Source: an uncultured Planctomycetota bacterium (lineage in GTDB: Bacteria > Planctomycetota > Planctomycetia > Isosphaerales > Isosphaeraceae). Taken from it: a DNA stretch of 64,000 nucleotides. How positions within the stretch are numbered: the stretch's first letter is position 1; every line of letters starts with the position of its first letter. The DNA is taken from NCBI GenBank assembly GCA_963845755.1, contig CAWJTV010000042.1, positions 342,997 through 406,996 on the forward strand. The letters are read 5' to 3'. The notes beneath the pieces are model-generated. The model saw nothing but the letters and a program-made list of their open reading frames with translations, did no database searches and was not told the origin of the DNA. Positions 12,901 through 25,268 of the stretch are shown in pieces. The position numbers and the translations under genes are program-made.

Positions 12901-15900
12901 TGCTCGTTCGGATCGTTGTTGTCGCTGGCCGAACCGTTGTTGACGTCGCCACTATAGGTGGCATCCCACTGATATGCTCCACCCGCGGCATTGGCGGAAA
13001 GCGAGTACCCCTTCGGCGTAGTGTACGATCCATCGCCATTGACCGTCACCGTCTCCGTGTCGAGCAGCGTTCCGCTGGGACTGTACAGTGTGAAGGTGAT
13101 CGTGCCGGTTTCCTTGAAGCCGCCGGAGAGGGTGGCCGTGTCGGTGAGGCACGTGGCCGTGCTCAGCGGAACGAGGGTCGGGGTGGGCGTCGTGGACAGA
13201 GTCAAGCTGGCCTTGTTCACCGTCACCTGCTCCGACTTGTCATTGTTGTCGCTGACCGAGTTGTTGTTGATGTCACCGTTGTAGGTGGCATCCCACTGGT
13301 AGGTGCCCGTCACGTTGCCCGTGGTGGGCATGGTGTAGCCCTTCGGCGTGCTGTACGAGCCATCGCCGCTGACCTTCACCGTCTCGGTATCCACCAGGGT
13401 GCCGGTCGGATTGTACAGCGTGAACGTGATCGTCCCGGTCGGGTTCATCCCGCCTGACAGCGTGGCCGTGTCTTTCAGCGTCAACGTCGAGGTGCATGCG
13501 GTGCTGGTCGTGCCGGGCGTGGTGCTGATCGACGGGCTGGCTAGACCGCCGCTCACCGTCACCTGCTCCCTGGGGTCGCCGTTGTCGCTGGCGTTCAGGT
13601 TATTTCCGTCGGTGTCGGTGAAGCTGGCGTTCCACTGGTACGTGCCGGTGGCACTCGTGGTGGACAGCGTGTACGCCTGCGGCGTCGTGTACGAGCCGTC
13701 GCCGTTGACCGGGACTGTCTCGGTGACCACGGTCGTACCATTTGGCGAGATCAAGGTGAAGGTGATCGTGCCGGTCTCATGGTAGCCCCCGGCAAGCACG
13801 GCCGTGTCGGTCAGAGTCGACGTCGAAGTGGGCGACGTAGGTCGAGGTCGGATTCGGCGGCGTCGGTCCCGGACCCGGCGTCGGCATGGGAGAGGCCGCC
13901 GTGCAGCCGCCGTTGTCCGAAGAGATGAAGCGATTCTCGGCATGATAAAGGATATTGGCGCTGTCCGGACCATACGCATTGTTGTTCTGGGTCGGCTCCA
14001 ACTGGGTGAGGGCCGCACCGCAGACGAAGTCGATCTGGTAATAGCTGTTCGGGATCGGGACCGCCATCGTATGGGTCCCCGGGCCGAAGGTGCCGGTATC
14101 TTGTTGATAGATCGCCTGTTGGTAAGCCGTGGAGTCGTTGAAGCTGGATCCCGGCGCGACATAGCTCACCAGAGTGAGCTGGTCGTTCATTCCCGATGGC
14201 ACCGTGAAGGTGACCGTAACCGTATCTCCTTGCTGGGTGTTGCCGGCGAGGTTCGTTACGGTGGTGGACCAGTTGCTCGGAGTCGTCACCTTGTAGCAGA
14301 CGTTGATCGGCGTGCACGTCGGGATCGCGTAATCGGCGAAGTTGTATCCCGAGTAGCTGTGGCCGCTCGTTGCGACGACCGTGTAATACGTGTTTCCAGC
14401 GCTCCCGTTCGGCCCGCCCCCCGTCTGGATATAGCCCGACGGCACGGATTCCTGGACGTAATAGGTGCCCGGCGCGACCGTGAAGCTGTAGGTGCCGTTG
14501 GTCCCGGTCGTCGTCGTGCCGACCAACGTCTCGCCACTGCCGGCCTGCTGGTACAGGTCGATGGTCACGCCACTCTGCGGTGTGTCGGCAGACGTGAATC
14601 CGTTTCCGGTCGGGTCCAGATACTTGATCCCGCTGATTGTGATGGGAGTCGAGCTCAGGGTCGCGCTCGTCGGGTTGGGAGTGGTTACCAGGGTAGGTCG
14701 AGCCGGGCTGACCGTCACCTGCTCGCTGGTGCCGCCCTGGTCGTGGGCCGTGAGGTTGTTGGCGTCGCCACTATAGCTGGCCGCCCACTGGTAGGTGCCA
14801 ACCACCGTGACCGTGCTGGGCAACGCATACCCGCCGGCATGATCCCCCTGACTGGTCGAGTAGGTGTTGTCGCCACCGACGGTGACGTGGTCGGTGTAGA
14901 TCACCGTACTGTTATAAGTCAGCGTGAAGGTGATCGTGCCGTTGGGATAGTAGCCGCCGGTCAGCACGTCCGCGTCGTTGAGCGGCGCGGGCGTCGTGTT
15001 GCTGAGCGTGACCGAGTTCGGGCTAGGCGTCGTCGTGGTCGCGGGCGTAGCCGCGTTGACGAGAGTCTGCTCGGCCGTACCGCCCTGGTCGCTGGCCTGG
15101 TTGTTATCGGCGTCACCGGTATAATGGGCCGACCAGGTGTAGATCCCCGTCACGGCGCCCGTGGTGGGCAGCGTGTAGTTGGCGCTGTATGAGCCGTTGC
15201 CGCTGACCGGGTCACTGGTGGTGTACACCGTGGTCGAGCCGAGGTTCAGCGTGAAGGTGATGCTGCTGGCCAGTCCATCGGCCAGGTAGCCTCCTGAGAG
15301 AACGGCCGTGTCGGTGATGGTCGGCGCCGTGGTGCCGAGCGTGAGAGTCGGGCTGGCCGTCGTCAACAGCGTGGGGTTGGCCGGGCTGACCGTCGTCTGC
15401 TCGCTGGTGCCGCCTTGGTCGCTGGCCGGAGTATTGTTGGCGTCGCCGCTGTAAGTGGCTGCCCACTGGTAAGTCCCTGTCACGTTGCCTGTCGCCGGTA
15501 AGCGTGTAGCCCGTCGGCGTCGTATAAGTTCCGTTGCCGTTCACCGACGCGGTCTCGGTGTCCACCAGCGTGCTGCCCAGGTAAAGCGTGAACGTGATTG
15601 TGCCCGCCTCGTAATAGCCGCTCGACAGCACCGCCGTGTCATTCAACGTCACCGATGACGAGGACAGCGTCACCGTGGTCACGCTCGGTGTCGTCGTGAT
15701 CGCGGGGCTCGCAGGACTCACCACGACCTGCTCGGCCGCGGCGTTGTTCTCGCTGGCCGACGTATTGTAGGTGTCGCCGCTGTAGCTCGCATCCCACTGG
15801 TAGGTTCCAGTGACCGTGCCCGTCGTCGGCAGCGTGTAGCCATTCGGTGTCGTGTACGTGCCGTCGCCGTTGACCGGCGTGGTCTCGGTGTCCACCAGCG

Positions 15901-18395
15901 TACCGTCCAGGTAGAGCGTGAATGTGATCGCGCCGGTCTCGAAATAGCCGTCCGAGAGCACCGCCTTGTCTTGCAAGGTCACTGGCGACGTACCGAGGTT
16001 GACCATGGTCGCGCTCGGCGTCGTTGTGATCGTCGGGATCGCTTGATTGATGAGGTTGAAGCTCGCGATGTTCGTGATGCCTCTGGCCCCGGCCGAGACC
16101 GTATAGCCACCCACGATGCCGTTGGCGGTAGCTCCGACGCTCGAGGAGCCGGTGGCGCTGATCGTGGCCGGGTCTCCGCCCAGCGTCGCCGACGCCCCGC
16201 TCTGCGGCGGTGTGAACGTGACCAGGCCACCAGCGACTGGCTCGCTCGAATTGTTGGCGGTGACCGTCGCAACCAGCGGGGCCGAGAAGCCGGTGAAGAT
16301 GCCCGTTGATTGGCCGCTTCCCGAAGTGACCGCGATGGTGAACAGGCTCGACTCGAAGGCGCCGATGTCCACGACGTCGTTGACGATGCGAGGAAGGCCG
16401 CGTTGGTCGGTGGTGATACCGGCGGGAATCAGGGAGTCATTGCCAGAATCGATGGCTGGGCTGCCTGGGAGCAGGGCCATCGTCTGGGTCGGCCCGTCGT
16501 AATTGCCCAAGGGTGCTAGCAGGGGGTTGAGCGGCTGGGAACTGGTGCCGGTCAAGTCGGAGGCGACCCAGCCGGAACTGCCGTTGGTCTCGCCGACCAG
16601 GTTGTAACCCATTGAGGACACAGTTCCTTCTGCATCGGGCCCGGCGGTAGCAGCCGTGTTGTCCGCCACGATGGTGTTGCCGAGGTTGTCGGTGCCATCG
16701 AGGTTGTAAAGGCCCCCGCCGAAGATGCCGGCGGTGTTGCCGCCGACGGTGACGTCGGCCATCGTGGTCATGCCGTCGCTATTGGTGTAGAGACCACCCC
16801 CGTTGTCGCGAGCGGTGTTGCCACTGATCGTGCAATTGCTCAGCGCGATTTCGCCTTTGTCGATTGTGTATAGACCTCCACCATTCACGGCCGAATTGCC
16901 ACTGACTGTGCAGTTATTCAGCGTGGTCGAGCCACTGTTTTCGGTCAACAGGCCGCCACCGCTCATGGCCAAGTTGTCACCGACGGTACAGTTGGTCAGG
17001 GTGGTCGTGCTGTAGTTGGTGCCCACACCGCCAGCGTTGCCGAAGGCGGAGTTGCCGCTGACAGTGCAGCCGTTCAGCGTGGTCGTGCCGTAGTCGTAGT
17101 TGCCGACACCGCCGACCGATGTGGCATAGTTGTCGTCCACGGTGGTGTCGAGCAGCGTGGTCGTTCCCGAGTAGTTGAGCACGCCACCGCCTTCCCCGTC
17201 GGCGGAGTTGCCGCTGACAGTACAGCCAGTCAGCGCGGTCGTGCCGAAGTAATTGGCCACGCCGCCACCATCGGTGGAGAAGTTGCTGCTCACGAGCGCA
17301 TTGTCGAGCGTTGTCGCGCCTCGGAAATTGTACAGGCCGCCGCCGTGCCCTGCGGAGTTGCCGCTGACGGTACAATCATTGAGCGTAGTCGTGCCGCTGG
17401 AATTGGCCAGACCGCCACCTTCGAAAGTGGCGGTGTTTCCACTGACATTGCAGTCGGTCAGCGCCGTAGTGCCGTAATCGTTGTTGTACAGTCCACCGCC
17501 ATTCACAGAGGCGATCTCCCCGCTGATCGTGCAGCCGGTCAGCGCGGTCGTGCCTCCTTTGTTGTACAGGCCGCCGCCACTCACCGAGGCGGAGTTCCCG
17601 CTGAAAGTACAGTCGGTCAGCGTCGTTGTGCCGAAGAAAACGGTCATGCCGCCGCCGCTCTCCGCGGAGTTTCCGCTGACAACGACGTCCGACATGGCGG
17701 TCGTGCCGACGAAGTCGTAAAGACCGCCGCCCTCTCCTGCGGAGTTTCCGCTGAGGGTGCAGTTGCTGAGGGAAGTCGTGCCGACGAAGTCGTACAACCC
17801 CCCTCCGTTCCCGGAGGCGGAGTTACCGCTGATGGTGCAGTTGTCCAGCGTGGTCGTGCCGTAGCCGTTGGTGTACACACCGCCGCCGCTCACGGCCGAG
17901 TTCCCGTTGACGGTACAGTAGCTCAGCGTGACGGCGCACCGAGTAGTTGGCCAGGCCACCGCCGGGGGCGCTGGCGCTACCCCCCGTGATCGTCAGTCCC
18001 GAGATCGACGCAGTGACATTCGCGTCGACCTGGAACACCCGGCTCAGTCCGGCGCCGCTGACTGTGACCCCCGAGGCCGGGCCCATGATCGTCTCGGCCC
18101 CGCTCGAGTTTTTCAGCTCGAGTGGGCTGCCGGTCAGGGTGATCGTCAGCGGTGCGTTGAAGACGGTGCTGTCAAAATCGATCGTGCTGGCACCCGTGTT
18201 TGAATTCGCCGCGTCGATCTCATAGCGCAGCGATCCGGGTCCGCTGTCGGTGGTGTTGGTCACCGTGAATGTGGACATCAGCCTGCGGTCTTCCAGCGCC
18301 ACGACTGTTGGCCGTGTCCGTCGCCGTTGGACTTGGCGGCCATCGACAGTCCGCCGACCGCCCCTCCGCTGATCCCTCACTCCGTTGTGACTCAT
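9978..18395 (-). CDS. Giant surface protein: LEDRRLM N-terminal motif, beta-helix (GGGLYN) repeats, choice-of-anchor-Q-like segment, Ig-like repeats, SdrD-B-like domain, S53 peptidase, C-terminal TM tail (one gene split into about 6 ORFs)
   Basis: Collinear ORFs 17823-18395, 15212-17959, 13777-15483, 11898-14162, 10934-12067, 9978-10937; PLLAPLGNYDGPTQTMALLPGSPAIDSG; S53 motifs EEALDVEW, STGDYG, PDVS, GGTSLAAP. Confidence 0.8.
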
Positions 18396-18629
18396 GGTTC
18401 CCCCGCTCTCCTGGTGATGGACAAGGTATTGTTAATGACGTCCTTCGTCACGCCCTCACGAACGCATGTGGCTGAAACTTGGGCGGTCAATCTCACCGCG
18501 CCGCGGGTCGCCGAGCGGCCACGGCGGTGGAATCGGGCGTAGCCATGATTTCTACCATCCACGCTCAAAGGGGCGATCTTGGCGATTCAGTGCGGATTCG
18601 CGAATGTGCGGCTCACACGATCGACATCG

Positions 18630-18761
18630 ATCGAAGTCCTTCCTCCGCAGGTTTTTGCGATGCTGCTGGGTCAGCTCGGCAAGCGCCCGGCGATTCCCGT
18701 TCTGTAGCTGATCGAGCAGGCGGATGGTCTCACTTGGCGAATCATTGATGACGTGGCCCAT
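18630..18761 (-). pseudogene. N-terminal remnant of planctomycete ECF sigma factor
   Basis: DSPSETIRLLDQLQNGNRRALAELTQQHRKNLRR resembles the sigma2 start of planctomycete ECFs, then degenerates. Confidence 0.5.
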
Positions 18762-19311
18762 ACCCCATCACTAGGACGTGGCCGCAATTTCGGGGGAAAA
18801 AAATAGGGATTTGATGCAAAACGTCATCGACGACCGGCTCGATGTGGTATCGCGGGCTCTGCGCCTGAACTCGCCTTGCCAGAGTCAGAAATGTGGACTC
18901 AGCGCCGCGCTTTCTCCCGGCGGAAAGAACGATGGCTTCGGCCTTTTCGCCTGGATTTGAGGACGTCGTGATCTGACCAACGGGAGGTTGGGGGCTGACT
19001 CCGCCTGGAGCGCCACAGAGGTGATTGGCGTCGGCTGGCGGAGTGGGATTTGGCCGTTCTTCCGTCGAGGAATCGGGCACAAGATCGAAAGGAGCTGGAA
19101 GAGGGCGAATGCCTCGATGGCGATCTCAGCGGTATTGTCGCTATGGCGCGTGCATTTCCGCGACCTACGACGTTAGATCCAAGATCACCTCGACCTGAAC
19201 ATTGCGATTGATGTGATGGATGCGGTGCACGATTTTCCCGCGGTTGCTCAGCTTCGAGGTGCTCTTCAACCGTCCGGTGGCATCCTCATGCGTGACGGAC
19301 TCTCGAGACGC

Positions 19312-19830
19312 TCACCGGCATCCGTTTCTCATTGCTCTGAGCCTCGCTTCGTGCTCGATCAGCCATCGTTTGAGATCGAGCCCGCCGCCGTATCCGGTCA
19401 ACGAACCGTTCGAGCCGATGACGCGGTGGCAGGGAACGACGATGGCGATCGGATTGCGTCCATTCGCGGCGCCGACCGCGCGCGAGGACCCCGGACGTCC
19501 GATCCGCCGGGCCTGCTCCGCATAACTGACCGTCGCGCCGTAGGGGATAGTCAGCAGCCCGCTCCACGCGAGACGCTGGAAAGGCGTGCCGGCCAGGCTC
19601 ATCGGACAATCGAAGGCGAACAACTTGCCGGCAAAGTAGGCGCGCAACTGGTCGCTGACGTCGCGGAAGGCCCGATCGTCCCGCCGCCATCCGGGTCCCG
19701 TCTCGGGTAGCGGCGCGGGGCCGCCGTCGTGACGGGGCAGATGGAGGCCGGTCAGTGCCTCACCATCGGAGGTCAGCAATAGCTCGCCGACCGGACTGGA
19801 ATAATAGCTGTAGACTGCGGACGCGTTCAT
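19312..19830 (-). CDS. ogt: Methylated-DNA--protein-cysteine methyltransferase
   Basis: GTPFQ, IPYGATVSY, RAVGAANGRNPIAIVVPCHRVIG active-site motif. Confidence 0.95.
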   Translation of the reverse strand: MNASAVYSYYSSPVGELLLTSDGEALTGLHLPRHDGGPAPLPETGPGWRRDDRAFRDVSDQLRAYFAGKLFAFDCPMSLAGTPFQRLAWSGLLTIPYGATVSYAEQARRIGRPGSSRAVGAANGRNPIAIVVPCHRVIGSNGSLTGYGGGLDLKRWLIEHEARLRAMRNGCR

Positions 19831-19963
19831 GGGTGTTCTCCAATTCAACGACCAGATCGAATCCTGGTAAGTAAAGGGTGATCAGTTAGTAAACATTCGG
19901 AATCGCACTCATTGCTGCGTGTGGAGATCGTGCGTACGGGGCGTGGAACGCAGATCTGCGTCT

Positions 19964-21444
19964 TCACCGGCAACGCTCAACCGGCAACTCGCAACTAAGA
20001 GCCGCCAAGCTTTCCCAGAGGTACATCGCAGCGTAGGCGCGCCAGGGACGCCAGGCACTGGCGGCGTCGCGGAGCCGTGCGGCCGAGGGCAATGCGGTGG
20101 CTTTGAGCAATCCCAGGTCGGCGGCGGGCAAGGCGTCGGGCCATCGCAGGGCTCGCATGGCGATGACCTGAGCGGTCCAGTCCCCGAACCCGGGGAGTTG
20201 TCGGAGTACACTGACGACGGCTTCCGGGTCGGGGCCGGGCTGCAAGTCGATCTCTCGGCATGCGACAGCCCGCGCGATCGCTCGGATGGCGCTGGCGCGC
20301 GCGGCGCCGATGCCGAGCGCGACCAGCTCCGAGTCGTCCGCGTCGGCGAGGCGTTCGGGTCTCGGGCTCAGCCGGTCCAGACCGGAGAACGGCACCTCGA
20401 CCGGCTCGCCGAACCGGGCGGCCAGCCGGCCGGCGAGCGTCGTCGCGGCCCGGACCGAGACCTGCTGTCCCAGGATGGCGCGCACGGCCAGCTCGAAGCC
20501 ATCGAATGCGCCGGGCACCCGCAATCCCGGGCATCGGGCGACGACCGCGGCGATCCGCGCGTCGGACTGGAGGTGCGACGCGATGATGTCCGGCCGCGCG
20601 TTCAGGTCGAGCAGGTCCTTGATCCGCGCGAGGACCTCCGGCAAGACCGGGGTCAAGGACGTCGCCAGCTCGACCGCCAGCAGATTCCGCCCGGCGATTG
20701 GCTCGACCTTCCACCAGCCGCGGTGTTGCCCGATCGCGGCGGTTCGAAGATACGCCGAGCCCTCCACGTGCTCGACGCCCGCAGTGGAACGTCCCGAGAG
20801 AAACGCGCACCAGGGAATCCCAGGCCATGGGTGGCCGATACGCCAAGGTGAGCCGCAAAGCGTCCCGGACCTGCGGCCTCGGTGTAGCGCGCCGCATGGT
20901 CGTCGGCGTCAGTCGGTAGTGTGATCGGAACAATGCATTGAACCGCCGGACGCTCTCGAACCCGCTGGCGAATGCCACGCGAACGATCGGCAAATCCGAC
21001 TCGGTGAGCAGTTGCTTGGCCAGGAGCAGGCGCCGCGTCTGTGCCAGCTCGATCGGGGGGACACCATACTCCTGCCGGACCGCACGACGCAGTTGCCGCG
21101 AACTCAGGCCCAGGTCGCGGGCCAGATCCTCCAGACTCCCGCCATCATTGAGCGCGCCCGCCTCGATACGGGCGGCAGCGGCGCGCGCCGTCCGTCTTAC
21201 CGAGTCCACCGGCGCATGGCCGGGCGCCGAATTCGGGCCGACACCGCAGGCACGGCCGGAACCCTTCGCGCTCGGCCAGCGCCGCGTTGGAGTAGAACCG
21301 GCACCGGTCGCGCCCCGCCGTTCGTGCCGTGCAGATCGGCCGACAATAGATGCGTGTCGTCGTGATTCCTACGAAGAACAGGCCGTCAAACCGGGCGTCG
21401 CGCGCCGCCAGTGCCCGGTGACAGGTCTCGTCGTCGATTCGCAT
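19964..21444 (-). CDS. alkA: Ada-AlkA fusion: Zn-binding Ada N-domain, AraC HTH, AlkA N-domain, HhH-GPD glycosylase (frameshifted)
   Basis: ARDARFDGLFFVGI..T.IYCRPIC, GFRPCLRCRP, FASGFESVRRFN, FELAVRAILGQQVS, LPGFGDWTA, WRPWRAYA. Confidence 0.9.
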
Positions 21445-21523
21445 GGCGAGAGCCGCTCAGAGGACCAATCGCACCGTCGTTCGATTCACGTGCTGGAAGT
21501 GTATCCTCTGACGACGAGAGCGT

Positions 21524-21578
21524 CTGGCCATTTTCGGACATCGATACGGAATCCGCATTGATGTCCGAAAACGGCCAG
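21524..21578. promoter_or_regulatory. 27-bp-arm imperfect palindrome between the VOC gene and ada-alkA (operator and/or terminator)
   Basis: ctggccattttcggacatcgatacgga-a-tccgcattgatgtccgaaaacggccag, 3 mismatches. Confidence 0.6.
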
Positions 21579-21631
21579 TGCCGAGCCTCACCGGCGGTCC
21601 GATGTCGAGCCCGGCACCGCATCGCGAGTGC

Positions 21632-22074
21632 TCAATGCGGCGCTTGTTGCTGTGCCGTGCGCCGTTGAATCTCCTCGGGCGAGACATCCTCGACGTGCGT
21701 CGCGATCCACCAGTGGTTGCCTACGGGATCTTCGACACCGCCGCTTCGATCGCCATAGAAATGGGTGGTCGGTTCCCTCAGCGAGGTCGCGCCTGCCGCG
21801 AGCGCCAGCCGATAGGTCTCGTCCACATCGTTCACGTACAGGTAGAGCATGCTCGGCCTCGGCTTCCACTCGCCGGCCGCGTCGGCCAGCATGACGATCG
21901 AGTCGCCGATCTTTACCTCGGCGTGCTGGATCGTGCCGTCAGGGCGCTCATGCACTCGCGAGGGTCGGCGGCGTCGAAGGCGAGTTTCACGAATTCGAGG
22001 AGCTTGTCTGCTCCCTCAACGGCCAGGTACGGCGTAATGCTGTGATATGATTCAGGGATCGGTTTGACCGCCAT
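21632..22074 (-). CDS. VOC/glyoxalase (PhnB-like) protein (frameshifted)
   Basis: MAVKPIPESYHSITPYL...HAEVKIGDS...FYGDRSGGVEDPVGNHWWIATH. Confidence 0.9.
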
Positions 22075-22332
22075 TTCACACTCCCACTTCGATTCGTGGC
22101 TTGGGACTACGGACATGCCCGTCGGATCGATCCGGTCGGGAGGAGTACACTCGATGCTGGATTCCCCGGCGCGCCGGTCGCCCGGCTCGGCCCGAGGTTG
22201 CCACAATTATGTGCCAAGTGGACTGATGTGCAATAAGAAAATGAGCGGAATCGGACTTGGATCGACCCCAGAAACCGGATCTGTTACACTCGTAAGAATC
22301 ACGTCCACATGGATCGTGCGGGGATCGGGGCC

Positions 22333-23145
22333 ATGCGACAATTCACAATCGGCCGGTTGATGATCGTCATCGCCGTGGTCGGACTCAGCTTGAGCCTTTT
22401 TCTGGCAAGCCCTTCTGGTACTCGTAGTTACTTGAGCAGCCGGACCCAATGCTCGTCGAACTTGAGGAACGTTGTCCTGGGCGTTCTCCAATACGCGAAC
22501 CGAGAGGGGGTCATTCCCACTGCGACCTGGCCGAATGCAAGCCTGTCTCCTGAGAAGCGATTGAGCTGGTATGCCGCGATCTTATCAGATCTCGAACAAT
22601 CGGACCTCTGGGATCGACTCGATTGGAGCCGTGCGTGGGATAACGATGTGGTTCCAGAGGGCGGCGACATGTCGAACGAGCAGATCGCATTCACACGGAT
22701 CGGTGTGGCAAGGTGTCCCGACGATCCCAGTCTTCCTGCGGGTCAATTCGTACCCACCCATTACATCGGCATCGCCGGTCTGGGAACCGACGCGCCGTTC
22801 TTGCCGGCCGGTCATCCCCGAGCGGGCGTCTTCGGTCATGATCGCCTGACCACGTTACTGGACATCAAGGACGGGGTTTCCCAAACCATGATGATCGCCG
22901 AATCGGCGCGGGTGCGCGGGTCGTGGCTGAGCGGTGGCCCGGCGACCGTCCGCGGCCTCGATACCACCGACTTGCCCTACATCGGTTCCGGACGGCAGAT
23001 CGGCGGAGTCCATCTCGGGGGGGCGAACGTCGCGTTCGCCGATGGCGCGGTCCGATTCGTGAGTGATACGATCAACCCGCGTGTCCTGGAGGCGTTGTCC
23101 ACGATTGCCGGCGGCGAGACCTTGCCTACGAATCCATTTCCCTGA
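22333..23145 (+). CDS. DUF1559 (H-X9-DG) family protein with atypical N-terminus
   Basis: QCSSNLRN, SWYAAIL, DIKDGVSQTMMIAE, HLGGANVAFADGAVRF; starts MRQFTIGRLM. Confidence 0.85.
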   Translation: MRQFTIGRLMIVIAVVGLSLSLFLASPSGTRSYLSSRTQCSSNLRNVVLGVLQYANREGVIPTATWPNASLSPEKRLSWYAAILSDLEQSDLWDRLDWSRAWDNDVVPEGGDMSNEQIAFTRIGVARCPDDPSLPAGQFVPTHYIGIAGLGTDAPFLPAGHPRAGVFGHDRLTTLLDIKDGVSQTMMIAESARVRGSWLSGGPATVRGLDTTDLPYIGSGRQIGGVHLGGANVAFADGAVRFVSDTINPRVLEALSTIAGGETLPTNPFP

Positions 23146-23205
23146 GACCGACCAAGCGAGCGGCCTGTCACCATCGTCGAGTCAATCGATGCGGAAATCC
23201 CTTCG

Positions 23206-24001
23206 ATGATCCAATTCTCGATCCGAAAGCTGATGCTCGCGATTGCCGTCCTTGCCGTCTTGCTCGGCGGCTTCATCGAGACGGAACGGTCGATGGAACG
23301 TTCATTCCACGGGGGTTGTACCCGCACGAGTCAATGTGCTTCCAACATCAGGAACGTCGTGTTGTCCGTCCTGGTCCATGCGGCCCGTTCGACGGGCCTT
23401 TCCGAAGGGGACGTGGCCCAATCCGGACTTACCCCCAGGGCACCGCCTGAGCTGGTACGCGGCTATCCTGCCACAGCTCGAGAATCAGGAATTGTACGAC
23501 TCGCTCGACGAGGACGAGCCCTGGTACGGCGTCGGGAATGACGAGGTGGCGTACACTCGGATCGGGGTCCTCAATTGTCCCGACAGTTCCACCGTCGGTC
23601 CGGGTGGACTGGCGACGACACCCTACATCGGCATCGGCGGGCTCGGGCTGGATTCGCCCTGGCTGCCGGCGGGCCACCCCAGGGCCGGCGTTTTCGGGTA
23701 CGACCGCCGGACCACGCTCGTGGACATCAAGGACGGCACCGCGTATACAATGGTCATCGCGGAATCGGCGCGAGTCGCCGGGGCGTGGCTGGCCGGCGGC
23801 CCGGCGACGGTCCGCGGGCTCGACCCCACCGAACAGCCCTACCTCGGCCCCGGGCGCCAGTTCGGCGGCATCCATCCTGGTGGTGTCACGAATGTCGCCT
23901 TCGCCGACGGCTCCGTCCGCGGCTTCCGCGATTCGATCGATCCCCGGCTTTTCGAAGGATTATCGACGATCGCGGGGGGCGAGACGCGGCCATCAGACTG
24001 A
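23206..24001 (+). CDS. DUF1559 family protein, tandem paralogue (frameshifted)
   Basis: MIQFSIRKLM..., QCASNIRN, SWYAAIL, DIKDGTAYT, HPGGVTNVAFADGSVR. Confidence 0.85.
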
Positions 24002-24049
24002 TAGGGAGGTCGAGACCTCGTCACGTTTCCCGAAGGTTTTGGGCCTACG

Positions 24050-25196
24050 TCAGAGACCATCGCCCGCGCCTTTGCGCGTCGATCGTTCGGAACGCGACTC
24101 ATCGCGCAGGATCAAGTCCGCCATCACGCCGAAATGGTCGGAGGGGAACGTGTTACCAGGCTTCACGTCGAGAACTCGACGGACGATGGCGCGCCAGCCG
24201 GCATTCACCAGGATTTCGTCGAGGTTGCGGAAGCGGATGCCATAAAACTGGTATGTCGGAATCTGCGTCGAGCCGCCGGTGAGCTCCGCACACGGACGCA
24301 GCCCCGACTCATCGAAGAGCCTCCGACTCGGCGCATCCGGCGTCGTATTGAAGTCCCCGGCGACCAGCACTGCATCCGTCGGATCACCCGAGGCGATCCG
24401 ATCCAGGATCAGGCGGACCGACCGGAGGCGAGCGGACTCGGTCAAGTACAGGTGGAGGTTGTAGATCCGGAGGCACCGACCGCTGCTCTGGTCGCGGAGC
24501 CGGACCCAGGTGCAGATCCGCTTGGGTCCCAGCAGAGTCGTCGAGGGCGGCTGGTCGGCGGGATCCTCCAGCCAGAACGTGCCGCCGCCGAGTTCCTGGA
24601 AGCGTTCGACTTTCGAAGTAGATCGCGCAATGCTCGCCGGCGGAGCGGCCGTCGTCCCGGCCCACGCCGACACGGCGATGACCCGGCAGCATATCCGCGA
24701 TGGCCTCGACCTGTTCGGGCAGGGCCTCCTGCACGCACAGGATATCCGGCTGGATCGCCTCGAGCGAAGACCGAAGTGCGGCTTTCCGTGTGGTCCAATC
24801 GTGGCGGTTCCACGGCGTGCCCCGATCGCCGCCACAAAGGATATTCCAGGTCACGACCCGGACGACCTCAGCATTCGGCTTGATGGGAGGCATGGATCCT
24901 CCGGGGCTCAGGCTTGACCAGACGATGAGGCCAAGCCAGCACGTCGGAGCGCCGAGGAGCACCGCCCTTGTCAGCCGTGAAGGACGTCTGCGGGGCCGGT
25001 CCAGACTGTTTGGCGGCTTCGTTGGGGGCTTGAGCCGAATCACGGCCACCAGGCATGCCAGCAGTCCGGCGATCGCCACGAAGCTCCAGTGTCTGTGTCC
25101 GAAGGGTTGGAAAACGAAGACGGCCCCCGCCCAGCTCAGGACGAGTAGGAGGGTCATGATGACGGTTCGAGCCATCGACAGGTGTCTCATCAGCAC
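24050..25196 (-). CDS. Membrane-anchored endonuclease/exonuclease/phosphatase (EEP) family protein (frameshifted)
   Basis: RVVTWNI, DILCVQEA, GRDDG..GEH, NLHL, AGDFN, PSDHFGV. Confidence 0.9.
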
Positions 25197-25268
25197 GGGT
25201 GGTGACCTTGATAGAGCGCTTCACTGAAGTCGCTACGCGATCGGTTCCTCGGGAACCAAGGGTTCTAG

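Noticed and set aside
18742..19300. Short ORFs between the sigma remnant and ogt
   Set aside because: No family motifs or convincing RBS.
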